Shown in pieces: positions 40,765-49,636 of a DNA stretch of 64,000 nt (position 1 is its first letter; each line of letters opens with the position of its first letter). Source of the DNA: an uncultured virus (IMG/VR IMGVR_UViG_3300042890_004141). Lineage: Duplodnaviria; Heunggongvirae; Uroviricota; Caudoviricetes. Both the position numbers and the translations under genes were made by a program. Below the pieces are notes generated by a model, which saw only the letters and a list, made by a program, of their open reading frames with translations, was not told where the DNA came from and searched no databases. The DNA lies in the IMG/VR virus record IMGVR_UViG_3300042890_004141, positions 62,001 through 126,000 of that record; one strand, written 5' to 3'.

Positions 40765-41502
40765 TTATCTTTTAGAGTTCCCGTTACTTCCTGAGGTGCC
40801 TAATGTAATTCCTTTTTCATACGCGTCATTATATAGATTAATTAAATCTTCTACAATAGGATCTCTATGGTTTTGTTTTAAAGATATAGCGCAAAGATTT
40901 TTTATCTTTTTAGCAGCTGAGTATAAGAATTTAAATCCTGAATCGCGTTTTTGTTTTAAGTCTACTTGGGCATCATCTCCACAAACAATCATTTTAGATC
41001 CTTTACCAATGCGGGTAACGATCATTTCCATTTGTTCATGAGTAACGTTTTGGGCTTCATCTACAATTACTACAGAGTTTACAAATGTTCTACCTCTCAT
41101 AAATGAAACAGGTACAATTTCTATTTTATCTTCCTTAATAAGTTCTTCAATTTTAGTTTTATCATAAAGTAAGAACATGTTTTGGTAGATTGGTTGTACC
41201 CAAGGATCCATTTTTTCTCTTAAATCGCCTGGTAAGAATCCAATTTCTTCTTTAGATACTGTTGGTCGAGTAATGATTACTTTTTCAACATCTCTCATAA
41301 ATAATTTTTCTAAACCAATTTGGCAAGCAAGTAATGTTTTGCCTGAACCAGCCGCTCCAGCTAATAAAGTAATAGTACTTTCTAATATTTTAGCTTTAGC
41401 TGACTTTTGTTCCTCGTTTAATTGTAACTTAAACTTAATAGGGTTTTTAGGCTTACGCTTTTCTTTGAAGATATCATCTTCATGGGTGGGGTGATTATTC
41501 AT
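40765..41502 (-). CDS. phoH: PhoH-family ATPase
   Basis: GAAGSGKT, IITRPTV, IGFLPGDLREK, FMRGRTF, VDEAQN, TRIG, GDDAQVDL, HRDPIV. Confidence 0.95.
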   Translation of the reverse strand: MNNHPTHEDDIFKEKRKPKNPIKFKLQLNEEQKSAKAKILESTITLLAGAAGSGKTLLACQIGLEKLFMRDVEKVIITRPTVSKEEIGFLPGDLREKMDPWVQPIYQNMFLLYDKTKIEELIKEDKIEIVPVSFMRGRTFVNSVVIVDEAQNVTHEQMEMIVTRIGKGSKMIVCGDDAQVDLKQKRDSGFKFLYSAAKKIKNLCAISLKQNHRDPIVEDLINLYNDAYEKGITLGTSGSNGNSKR

Positions 41503-42035
41503 TTTTTGTTAGGGCTTATTCTTCCTTTTAAAGCTTGACTAATAGCTTTTTTATGTTCTTCACTTATTGATTTTCCTTTACGATTAGAAGATTTTCCTAT
41601 TTTGGCTAATCTCATTTTTTCTAGAGTTTCGGGAGAATATTTTCTATTTTTTAATTTTTCAGCAAATCCCTCTGGTTTAGGTTTTCCTTTAGTTGATTCG
41701 CTTCTTTTATTACATGTTTCTTGGGTTTGTTTAGATCCAGTTTGTCTTTTAATTTGATTATCTATAAATTCTTTAGTTCTATAAGCAGGACCACCACCTC
41801 CTGTATTTTTATTTAGTACAAAAAATCCCCAAACTTTAAATTGTTCTATCCAATAAGATTCTATAGGAGTCCAATCGTTTTTATTATTACTATTTATTTC
41901 ATCAATTATAGTATAAGTAATTTGTTTTCCAAATTTTTGCTTGTGGTCATTTTTTCTGCAGTTTTTGGTTTTACCTATATAAACCCAATTAGGATTATCA
42001 TAACAATTTTCAACTAAATATATTTTAGTAAACAT
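41499..42035 (-). mobile_element. Free-standing GIY-YIG / NUMOD3 homing endonuclease
   Basis: KIY...VYIGKT, ESYWI, LNKNTGGGG, and C-terminal repeats ETLEKMRLAKIG / GKSISEEHKKAISQALKG. Confidence 0.8.
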
Positions 42036-42038
42036 TTA

Positions 42039-42767
42039 TTATAAATATTCATTAAAGTTAATCTTTACCAATGCATCTATACCAGCATTCACATGCATGG
42101 CATCATCTAAACATAACTCGAAATCATATCTATCATCTAATGGTAACACTAAATCAACTTGTGAACCCCATCTTATTAAAGAAAATCTCTCATTTTGAGC
42201 AAAAATATCATTTTGATCCATAGTAAATGGAGCAATTACATTCACATCCTCATCAGCTATCTGGATTAGATAGTAAGTATAGTTAAGAGAAGGTGAATAG
42301 ATTTTATTCCACATACGCTCATTATACTTTAAATATTCCATGTTAGCAGGATTAATCTTTTTATTAAGAATATCCTTTTCTACGGCTAACATAGGCTTAT
42401 TAGTTGACTGTATCGCGTCTAGTGGTTTATATTGCAACGTACCTCCGTAAGGTATACGATTGATGTGAACATCATAGAACGACATGAATATACCAATAAC
42501 TAAAGACGGTCTATTGTACTCATCATCACCTACTACATCTTGTAAGGTGTAATTCATACCCTTAATCTCAACTATAGGTTCAGAAGGATCTTTAATAAAC
42601 TTTTGATATAAAATAGTTCCATCAGCAGGACTATAAAAATGTTCATAGTCTATAAAATTAGGACGGATTGGATCTCTAAAGAAAAAAGTATTAGATAATT
42701 CACCTACAGGTAATTTTTGTAACTGTTTTACCTCACCATTCAACCACTCTGTTAACGTTTGTGCCAT
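42039..42767 (-). CDS. psd: Phosphatidylserine-decarboxylase-like pyruvoyl enzyme (start corrected to MAQTLTEW)
   Basis: FFFRDPIR, SPADG, IFMSFYDVHINRIP, NER, RWGSQVDL (self-cleavage GS motif); TAATG coupling to the upstream gene. Confidence 0.8.
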   Translation of the reverse strand: MAQTLTEWLNGEVKQLQKLPVGELSNTFFFRDPIRPNFIDYEHFYSPADGTILYQKFIKDPSEPIVEIKGMNYTLQDVVGDDEYNRPSLVIGIFMSFYDVHINRIPYGGTLQYKPLDAIQSTNKPMLAVEKDILNKKINPANMEYLKYNERMWNKIYSPSLNYTYYLIQIADEDVNVIAPFTMDQNDIFAQNERFSLIRWGSQVDLVLPLDDRYDFELCLDDAMHVNAGIDALVKINFNEYL

Positions 42768-43681
42768 TATAGTAACGTTTTTAAATGATCTACTCGGTTT
42801 AAATGCATAACCATGCAAGACAACATAGCACCCGATTTCATATACTCAGACAAGTTAAAGATAACAGGTTCCATACCAGCATCACCACAAATCTTTTCTA
42901 ATGTTTTAAGTTTATGAACCTCACCTTCATAGTATTCATGTGACTTTTTCATTTCTGAGATATTAGAGGCACATAAAATCATATTACCATACTTAACTGA
43001 ATTAGTTAATCCACCTAAAGCATCATCAACATCAATATTAATAATATCAGTATGTTTTTCTAGTTCAGCAATTTCTTCAGGGTCAAATAGTTCAGTACAA
43101 ATCAAAGTTTGGTCTTGATTTAAAGCAAAGATAGAACAGTCTAAGTGATACAAGTACTCATCAACCATAGCTACTTTAATAATATCCATGTTGTATTGTT
43201 CCTCCATCCACTCATAGGCTTTAATGTTTGAACGGATACCATAACCACCAATGTATTTGTTACCATAAAGATATTTCAAATCAGCCTCACCTTCCCACTT
43301 GTAAGGAGAAATAGCTGTCTTATAACCCATCATGTTAAAGAACTTTTCACCAACTAACTCTTCACCTTTACGAGGGTCAGAAGTAAAGTTAGATAAAATA
43401 ATATGGTTCTCATTTTTAATATGAGGTAAAGAAATACCCAAATTAGCTACATAAACTTGGTCCTGGAATTTGCCTTCTGAAGGCAATAAATGAACTAAAG
43501 ATCCACCAGCCATAAACTGATATAGATCCATAAATTGTTTATAAGCTTTAGGCTTGTTAACTGTTAATTCCTCATCTGTTAATTCTTGCATCCAAATATT
43601 ATTTGGATCAGATGTTGATAAGGTAAAAGGGAAGTTCATTACATAACTTTGAAATGGCAACTGACTTGGGGTTTCTTTCAT
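42767..43681 (-). CDS. Amidinotransferase / dimethylargininase (pentein) family protein
   Basis: DQVYVAN, R.GE, WEGEAD, YHLDC, SEYMKSGAMLSCM (C-terminal catalytic Cys). Confidence 0.85.
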   Translation of the reverse strand: MKETPSQLPFQSYVMNFPFTLSTSDPNNIWMQELTDEELTVNKPKAYKQFMDLYQFMAGGSLVHLLPSEGKFQDQVYVANLGISLPHIKNENHIILSNFTSDPRKGEELVGEKFFNMMGYKTAISPYKWEGEADLKYLYGNKYIGGYGIRSNIKAYEWMEEQYNMDIIKVAMVDEYLYHLDCSIFALNQDQTLICTELFDPEEIAELEKHTDIINIDVDDALGGLTNSVKYGNMILCASNISEMKKSHEYYEGEVHKLKTLEKICGDAGMEPVIFNLSEYMKSGAMLSCMVMHLNRVDHLKTLL

Positions 43682-43733
43682 AAAATATACTTTATAACTG
43701 TTACGTATAAATATTAGCTAGGTGCCTATAAGT

Positions 43734-43760
43734 AAAAAAGGCCTAGAAAACTCTAGGCCT
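43734..43760 (-). terminator. Intrinsic terminator
   Basis: Minus strand AGGCCTAGA-GTTT-TCTAGGCCT followed by a T tract. Confidence 0.8.
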
Positions 43761-43780
43761 CTCTTTAAAGTATTTTATTT

Positions 43781-44560
43781 TTATGCTATTCTTCCTACTG
43801 TTAATATAACTGAAGGGACATTTGGTCCTATGACAGCTGATGTATTGTAATGGATTCGGAAATTAGTTTGAGTAGCTCCATATCTTAATTCATAATAATC
43901 CCCAGCAGAGGCAGACACATAAAAATTCCAAGCTGCTACTTGAGCATCGTTTGCTCCTCCTGCTAAAGTAATTTGTGTATTAGAATCAGGAACATCTTCT
44001 CCATTTTTTGCTAACCATATATAACTACTTACTGTAGTACCACTTGTTTTATCTATTTGAGCTGAAAATTGAATATCATAAACACCAGCATTAGCTATCT
44101 GAATTTGATTTCTAATAGGTCCTCCTATAGTTATCCCATTAGAAAAATCGGTTGTGCTAAAAGACATTGAATACGGAGTATTCTGAACAGAAGCTGTTAA
44201 CGATGCTGTATGATAAGCAGATAAGTAATAGGATTGGATTGAACTAGTATAAGTGTTAAAACTAGAAGTTGTTACAAATGAACTAGTTTGAGAGTTTGTT
44301 ATAAAAGATCCTGTTTGAGAATTTGTTACAAAAGATCCTGTTTGAGAATTTGTTACAAACGAACTAGTTTGAGAATTTGTTACAAAAGATCCTGTTTGAG
44401 AATTTGTTACAAACGAACTAGTTTGAGAATTTGTTACAAAGTTACTTGTTAAATTGCTATAAGTAATTTGACTAGTAATACCTCCTTGTACAATAGGTAA
44501 TACATCTACTCCTGTAGGAACAGATGCTGAAGGTAATCCGGATATTGGTAAATTAGGCAT
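43781..44560 (-). CDS. Probable capsid decoration or whisker protein with 9-aa tandem repeats
   Basis: MPNLPISGLP...LPIVQGGIT N-terminus; FVTNSQT(S/G)S repeats; C1q/BclA-like C-terminus (AGVYDIQFSAQ). Confidence 0.65.
   Translation of the reverse strand: MPNLPISGLPSASVPTGVDVLPIVQGGITSQITYSNLTSNFVTNSQTSSFVTNSQTGSFVTNSQTSSFVTNSQTGSFVTNSQTGSFITNSQTSSFVTTSSFNTYTSSIQSYYLSAYHTASLTASVQNTPYSMSFSTTDFSNGITIGGPIRNQIQIANAGVYDIQFSAQIDKTSGTTVSSYIWLAKNGEDVPDSNTQITLAGGANDAQVAAWNFYVSASAGDYYELRYGATQTNFRIHYNTSAVIGPNVPSVILTVGRIA
44271..44440. repeat. 27-bp tandem repeat, about 6.3 copies, coding F(V/I)TNSQT(S/G)S
   Basis: gtttgagaatttgttacaaa(agatcct|cgaacta) units. Confidence 0.9.
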
Positions 44561-44562
44561 AG

Positions 44563-44826
44563 TTAAGGTAGTGTAGTGATTATAATATTACTTCCATCTT
44601 CTTGTAATAAATCAAATAAATCTTCTTGTAATAAAAATCCTGATTCAATAGGTGTAGGTGGAGGAATTGGTCCTTTATTTTGATATGATAACCAATTTGT
44701 TCGTGCTTCAGATAGTTCAAATAAATATTGATTATAGTATTGAACTTGTTCGTTTAGAGGTAACCTTGCTACATTAGGTAATTGAACAAATTGTGGCCAA
44801 GATATCTCTTCAAAAATATTGAACAT
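44563..44826 (-). CDS. Small hypothetical virion protein
   Basis: C-terminal FLLQEDLFDLLQEDGSNII motif; follows the MCP terminator and has its own upstream motif. Confidence 0.55.
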   Translation of the reverse strand: MFNIFEEISWPQFVQLPNVARLPLNEQVQYYNQYLFELSEARTNWLSYQNKGPIPPPTPIESGFLLQEDLFDLLQEDGSNIIITTLP

Positions 44827-44852
44827 ATAATGATAAATATTGATAATAAAAT

Positions 44853-44880
44853 AAAAAGCCCCACTTTCGTGGGGCTCTTT
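44853..44880 (-). terminator. Intrinsic terminator after the major capsid gene
   Basis: Minus strand GCCCCAC-GAAA-GTGGGGC then TTTTT. Confidence 0.9.
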
Positions 44881-44908
44881 AATTAATGTTTATCCTATTG
44901 GGTAAATA

Positions 44909-46690
44909 TTAGATGGTGTTCAAACCATTAATATAGATCTTACCGTAGAATTCAGGACGCAACATCTTCTTAGCGTAGCGAGTCAAAAGACCTTTACGTG
45001 GAGTGAAGGTATCAGGATCGTACACCAAAGGAGTCATGATCAAAGGAATGTATGGAGAGAATACAGCACCTGTTTCCAAGAACTGAGAACCTCTGTAACC
45101 CATCAAGATCAAGTTTTCAGTCATGTAAGGGTTTTTGTAAACCTTGTAACGACCGTTAACTGAACCTACCTTTTGTACACCGAAAGCGTACTCCATTTGA
45201 TCAGCTTCACCGTTTGAAGTAGAAGCAAATCCTGGGATTGATTCCAAGATAGTAGCTACTGTTGGAGAAGTAACCAAGAAGTTAGCACCTCCACGTAAAG
45301 TCAACTGGTGGATCTTGTTAGATACTTTTTGGATTTTAGTACCTAAAGTTTGGAACCACTGACCTTGAGTGTTGTAGTAACCTGAAGATAAAGTAGATAA
45401 AGTTGGAGTTGAACCTGTGATAACAGTGTTATTAATAGCTGACCAGTACTCAGTAGCAGCAGCAGCATCTTCGATCAACATATCCAAGATTTCCAAATCA
45501 ATTTCCATTGAAATGTACTCACTCATAATGTTAGTCAATTCAGCTTCAGCATCAATGTTCTGGTAAGCAGCCAAATCTTGAGCAAATTCAGGAGTCCATA
45601 CTGCTTTCAATTTCTTGGTTTTAGCAGTGATAGGCTGTGATTGCATCTTAACGTTAATTTCAGGGATAACGATCTGAGCAGCGTTAGCAGCGTTAGGAAC
45701 TGAGAAAGAACCTGAAGCTTCGAAATCACCACGACCTGAGTAGTTACCTGAAGTTACGTTGTCACCTGAAGTACCAGCACCAGTGAAACCAGCGTTAATA
45801 CCATCTTGAGAACCTACTTTTTCATAGTAAACTGTGAAAATAGATCCTGATTGAGGAGTAGAAGCAAAGTTTGCAGAAGCAGTAAAGAAGAAAGCAATAG
45901 TACCAGCAGTGTAGTTAAAGTTAGTGAACGCAGGCAACAAAGTAGTAGCTGTGAAGTTTGAACCTGAAGTAGGAACGAAACCACGAACGGCATTCATATC
46001 GAAGCTTGGTAAAGCAGCGTTAGAAGCAGTCATAGTTACTTTGTAGATACGACCAGCAGCTACAGAAGCTGAGTAGTCAGAATCGAAATTCAATTCAGCC
46101 CATGAAGCAGAAACGATAGAACCAGTACCAGCACCAACTGTAGTTAAAGCGTTAGCTATAGAAGCAGTAGCTTGGAAAGAAGCTGAGAATTGGTTAGTAG
46201 CGTAAGTGAAACGACCTTCAGGACCACCATACAAACCACCTTCAGCGGCAGGAGTAGAGAATGGGAACTGAGAAGCAGTGTTACGGTTACCGTACAAAGA
46301 CTGACCAGTAGTGTAAGGATTCTTAGTGTTACCATATTGGAAATCCAAGAAGAACACAAGACCAGAAGGCATGTTCATAGGTTGAACTGAAACGAATTCT
46401 TTAGCAACGATAGTTCCGAATACTTTACGAACTAAAGGCAAAGCAATACCAGCCCAGTTTTCACCTTGACCACCTGATGTGAAATAAGAGTTAGAAGCGA
46501 TTTGGTTAGATTCAGTTACCAATTGCTTGGCCTGGTTTTCTAACAAGATTGACATATTATTTTTGTCAACTTCTACTAATCCTTCCAACAATCCAGTTTT
46601 TGACCATTTGCCGGCCAATTTAGCAGCGTCACTTTGGAAATTCTTCCAAGAACCAGCTGCGCTTTCGAGTAATTGTTGTACGTTTGACAT
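44909..46690 (-). CDS. Major capsid protein (T4 gp23-like)
   Basis: LLENQ, VSVQPMNMPSGLVFFL, AKTKKLKAVWTPEFAQDL, DAEAEL, EIDLEIL, PYIPL, FTPRKGLLTRY. Confidence 0.95.
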   Translation of the reverse strand: MSNVQQLLESAAGSWKNFQSDAAKLAGKWSKTGLLEGLVEVDKNNMSILLENQAKQLVTESNQIASNSYFTSGGQGENWAGIALPLVRKVFGTIVAKEFVSVQPMNMPSGLVFFLDFQYGNTKNPYTTGQSLYGNRNTASQFPFSTPAAEGGLYGGPEGRFTYATNQFSASFQATASIANALTTVGAGTGSIVSASWAELNFDSDYSASVAAGRIYKVTMTASNAALPSFDMNAVRGFVPTSGSNFTATTLLPAFTNFNYTAGTIAFFFTASANFASTPQSGSIFTVYYEKVGSQDGINAGFTGAGTSGDNVTSGNYSGRGDFEASGSFSVPNAANAAQIVIPEINVKMQSQPITAKTKKLKAVWTPEFAQDLAAYQNIDAEAELTNIMSEYISMEIDLEILDMLIEDAAAATEYWSAINNTVITGSTPTLSTLSSGYYNTQGQWFQTLGTKIQKVSNKIHQLTLRGGANFLVTSPTVATILESIPGFASTSNGEADQMEYAFGVQKVGSVNGRYKVYKNPYMTENLILMGYRGSQFLETGAVFSPYIPLIMTPLVYDPDTFTPRKGLLTRYAKKMLRPEFYGKIYINGLNTI

Positions 46691-46730
46691 TTTTTTAAAT
46701 TGTTTTTTTTTTTGTTTTTTGTTTTGTTTT

Positions 46731-47966
46731 TTACTTAATACCTGCTAATTTTTGCCAGCGGGTAAATTGATCATTTACTTCCATGATTGGTTTCTTTTCA
46801 ACAACACCAGTTACTTTAGAAGCAGATCCTCTTAACATTGATTCGTTAACAGAAGATTTCTTTTCTTTAAATCCTTCAGATAAGGTTTCAAATACTAATT
46901 TAGCTTCATTTACACTAGCAGCTTTGTCAAAAGCAGCCAATACTTTTACTTTTTGACTTTCAGTCAAGTTTTTAGCTTTGAAGATTTTATTGGTGTAAAG
47001 TAATTTAGCGTTGAACAAGTTAACTTCTTGAAGCTCAGTTTTAATGGTTTTGATAGTGCTATAAGCTTCTTCAAGTTCACCTTTCATTTCTTCCATTTCA
47101 GATTCAGCAAAAGCAGATCCAGCATTGCCAGCAGCTTTAGTGCCAGTACCATATGCTTTACTACCTTTTTCCTTAACGGAAGCAATAGCCATTGTAGCAG
47201 CATCCTCAGCAGTTTTTCCAGTTTTAACTAATCTTTCAGCTTCAGCTTCAATGTCTTTCTTTTCATCAGAAGATGCTTTAACAAGTCCCATAGAAAAAAC
47301 AGCGGCAATAATACCACTAGTTATAGCCATAGCAGAAACCATATCAACTTCATTTATTGGTTTTTTTTCCATTTTGTAGTTTTCTTCCATTTTCTTGTAG
47401 TCTTCAACTTCTTCTTCATCTTCTTCACCTTCTTCTTCATCGCCTTCTTCACCGTCAATTTCACCTTCTAGTTCCCCAGCGGCTACCATATCAGCGATTA
47501 CACTTTCAATGAATTTTTTAAGGTCATCCTCACTCATGTTTTCAAGGTCGATTTCTTCTTCTTCCTCTTCAAGGAAACCTAAAGGTTCACCTTCAGGAAC
47601 TTGGGCACCAATGTTACCATGGGGCTCTGAAGTTTCTTCTGTGATTGATTCTTCCATTTCTAATTCATCTAATTCACGAAGGAGTTCTTCAAGATCTACT
47701 TCATCACTTTTTTCAGCTTCTTCCATGTTGTCCATGTCCATAGCTTCTTCAGTAGTGTCGTACATTTCTTCAAGACCTTCTTCCATTTTTTCTTCGGCTT
47801 CTTCTAAATCTTCTTCTTTGTCCATTTCTGAAATTCTGCGTGATAACAGGTCTTTCATACGGGAGTCAAAAGCTTCTTCAAGAGCAGCCTTTGCATTGGC
47901 GATGGCAGTTTCCTTAACTGCTTTAGCATCGGCAATGGCTTCTTTTAATAAGTCTCTGTTTGCCAT
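46731..47966 (-). CDS. Prohead scaffolding / core protein
   Basis: Highly acidic coiled-coil protein between protease and MCP; EVNLFNAKLLY, ends WQKLAGIK. Confidence 0.8.
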   Translation of the reverse strand: MANRDLLKEAIADAKAVKETAIANAKAALEEAFDSRMKDLLSRRISEMDKEEDLEEAEEKMEEGLEEMYDTTEEAMDMDNMEEAEKSDEVDLEELLRELDELEMEESITEETSEPHGNIGAQVPEGEPLGFLEEEEEEIDLENMSEDDLKKFIESVIADMVAAGELEGEIDGEEGDEEEGEEDEEEVEDYKKMEENYKMEKKPINEVDMVSAMAITSGIIAAVFSMGLVKASSDEKKDIEAEAERLVKTGKTAEDAATMAIASVKEKGSKAYGTGTKAAGNAGSAFAESEMEEMKGELEEAYSTIKTIKTELQEVNLFNAKLLYTNKIFKAKNLTESQKVKVLAAFDKAASVNEAKLVFETLSEGFKEKKSSVNESMLRGSASKVTGVVEKKPIMEVNDQFTRWQKLAGIK

Positions 47967-48111
47967 TTGTTTTTTGTCCTCAAATAATTTTTTTTTGTTG
48001 GAAATACGCTTATTGTTGATTGCTCGAAGCGTAATAGATATTAAAAATCTAGATGCTATATAGAAATAGCATATTTGTCGGGTATACGTATATCAAAATA
48101 TTTTAAAATGT

Positions 48112-48142
48112 AAAAAGAAACCCTCCTTTTTTAAGGGAGGGT
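48112..48142 (-). terminator. Intrinsic terminator after the prohead protease gene
   Basis: Minus strand ACCCTCCCTT-AAA-AAAGGAGGGT then TTCTTTTT. Confidence 0.7.
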
Positions 48143-48170
48143 CAATCAAGGGATACTATCCCAAGAGGGG

Positions 48171-48776
48171 TTAAAATATAGGGCAAGATCCGTTAGCGCA
48201 TAGTATTTCTGTTAATAAAGAATTCACTTTACCATATGAATATGTTTTATGTTCTTTACCTTCTTTTACTAACTGCATATATGATCCTGGATTTGAAGGT
48301 GTTGATACAAAGTCCCAACATAGTAATTCAAAATCATCTTGAACTTCTAATGTACCTTCATTAATTTCTTTTAATGATCCCATTCCACGAGATGATACAC
48401 CTACCATAACATTATTTTCAATAAGTGCTTTTAGGATGTTACCAGACACTGTGGGTAGGATTTCTATTTTTCCTATTACTTTATCTCCTTCCCAGTAAGT
48501 TTCTCTAATAATATGGGATACATTTTTTAATGATATGATTGAAGAATCAGGGTGATCTAACTCACCTGTGGCTCTATTTTCTCTAATCATTTCATTGTAC
48601 TTATCAATTTCACGTTCCCACAATTCTTTAGGATAATATCTACCATTACCATTTTTTACTTCAGCAGTTGCTAAAATACCAACAACCATAGGATTACCAG
48701 AAGGTGCTTTTAAACCTTCAGTAAGTTGTATAGGGGCAACTTTAAATGGTATAGTTTCAATTAATACCTGTTTCAT
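48171..48776 (-). CDS. Prohead protease (T4 gp21-like)
   Basis: NGNGRYYP, GELDHP, VSHII, GVSSRGMGS, DFVSTPS. Confidence 0.95.
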   Translation of the reverse strand: MKQVLIETIPFKVAPIQLTEGLKAPSGNPMVVGILATAEVKNGNGRYYPKELWEREIDKYNEMIRENRATGELDHPDSSIISLKNVSHIIRETYWEGDKVIGKIEILPTVSGNILKALIENNVMVGVSSRGMGSLKEINEGTLEVQDDFELLCWDFVSTPSNPGSYMQLVKEGKEHKTYSYGKVNSLLTEILCANGSCPIF

Positions 48777-49393
48777 TATTTTTTCTTAGGTAAATCTCCG
48801 TATCCGCTAGCTTTCCATTTGCCTTTAGGCGCTACTGGTTCACCACCGCCGATTACGTCAGTCTTATAACCAATACCTTTAACACCAAATGAAGCTTCTT
48901 TATGATAGTAACTGATGTCTTTAGCCATGTTTTTAGCAACAATAGCTTTTAACTCATCAACTGTTTTATCTTTATTTTTAGGATCTTTCATTTCCGTGTA
49001 GTAACCCATTAAGAATGACTGACCGTAAAGGTTATCAATGTTTTTAGGATCTTTATTATCAAATTGGTTGTCTAAATCTTTTTGAACATCAGTATCAATT
49101 TTTTCAAATTCATTTTGATCACCATATTCTTTTTTATCTTTAACACCTACTGCCTCAGCAATATTATCATTAAAGATTTTAAACCAATCTTGTTGAAAAG
49201 GTTTTAATGTAACTACACCACCGACTGCTTCAGATAAAATACTTTTACCTTTTAAGATATTAACAGCGGTTTTATAATCAGTTAAAGGGGCAATAAACTC
49301 AGGAAATACACGACGAGCACTTTTTAAAAAGTCGTCTTTACTTCCTTTACCTTCTTTAATAAGGTTGTATTGTTGTTGTAAGGTCTTTTCCAT
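48776..49393 (-). CDS. Hypothetical head-region protein
   Basis: GYYTEM...AKNMAKDISYY motif; located in the head module. Confidence 0.55.
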   Translation of the reverse strand: MEKTLQQQYNLIKEGKGSKDDFLKSARRVFPEFIAPLTDYKTAVNILKGKSILSEAVGGVVTLKPFQQDWFKIFNDNIAEAVGVKDKKEYGDQNEFEKIDTDVQKDLDNQFDNKDPKNIDNLYGQSFLMGYYTEMKDPKNKDKTVDELKAIVAKNMAKDISYYHKEASFGVKGIGYKTDVIGGGEPVAPKGKWKASGYGDLPKKK

Positions 49394-49405
49394 TTGTTAT
49401 AAATA

Positions 49406-49633
49406 TTATGGGTAAAGTAATATTGCTCCTGATGATAAAGAAGCGCTTGTTACATAGATAGGAATAGTAAATCCAGCTGGGATAATCCAGTCTGTTGTAG
49501 TTAATTCAGATCCATTAGCGTCTTTTAAACCGGTGATAGTAGCTGAACCAGATACTACGGTAAATCCGGCAAAACTTCCTGTTGCTGTTGTTGTGGTTAC
49601 TATTCCGGTGGGGTTTACTGGTATTGTTGCCAT
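49406..49633 (-). CDS. Small hypothetical virion protein
   Basis: 75 aa with TGS/SGS/SAS motifs. Confidence 0.55.
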   Translation of the reverse strand: MATIPVNPTGIVTTTTATGSFAGFTVVSGSATITGLKDANGSELTTTDWIIPAGFTIPIYVTSASLSSGAILLYP

Positions 49634-49636
49634 GTT

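Noticed and set aside
44271..44440. Possible CRISPR array
   Set aside because: Units are contiguous, in frame and have no unique spacers; no cas genes are present.
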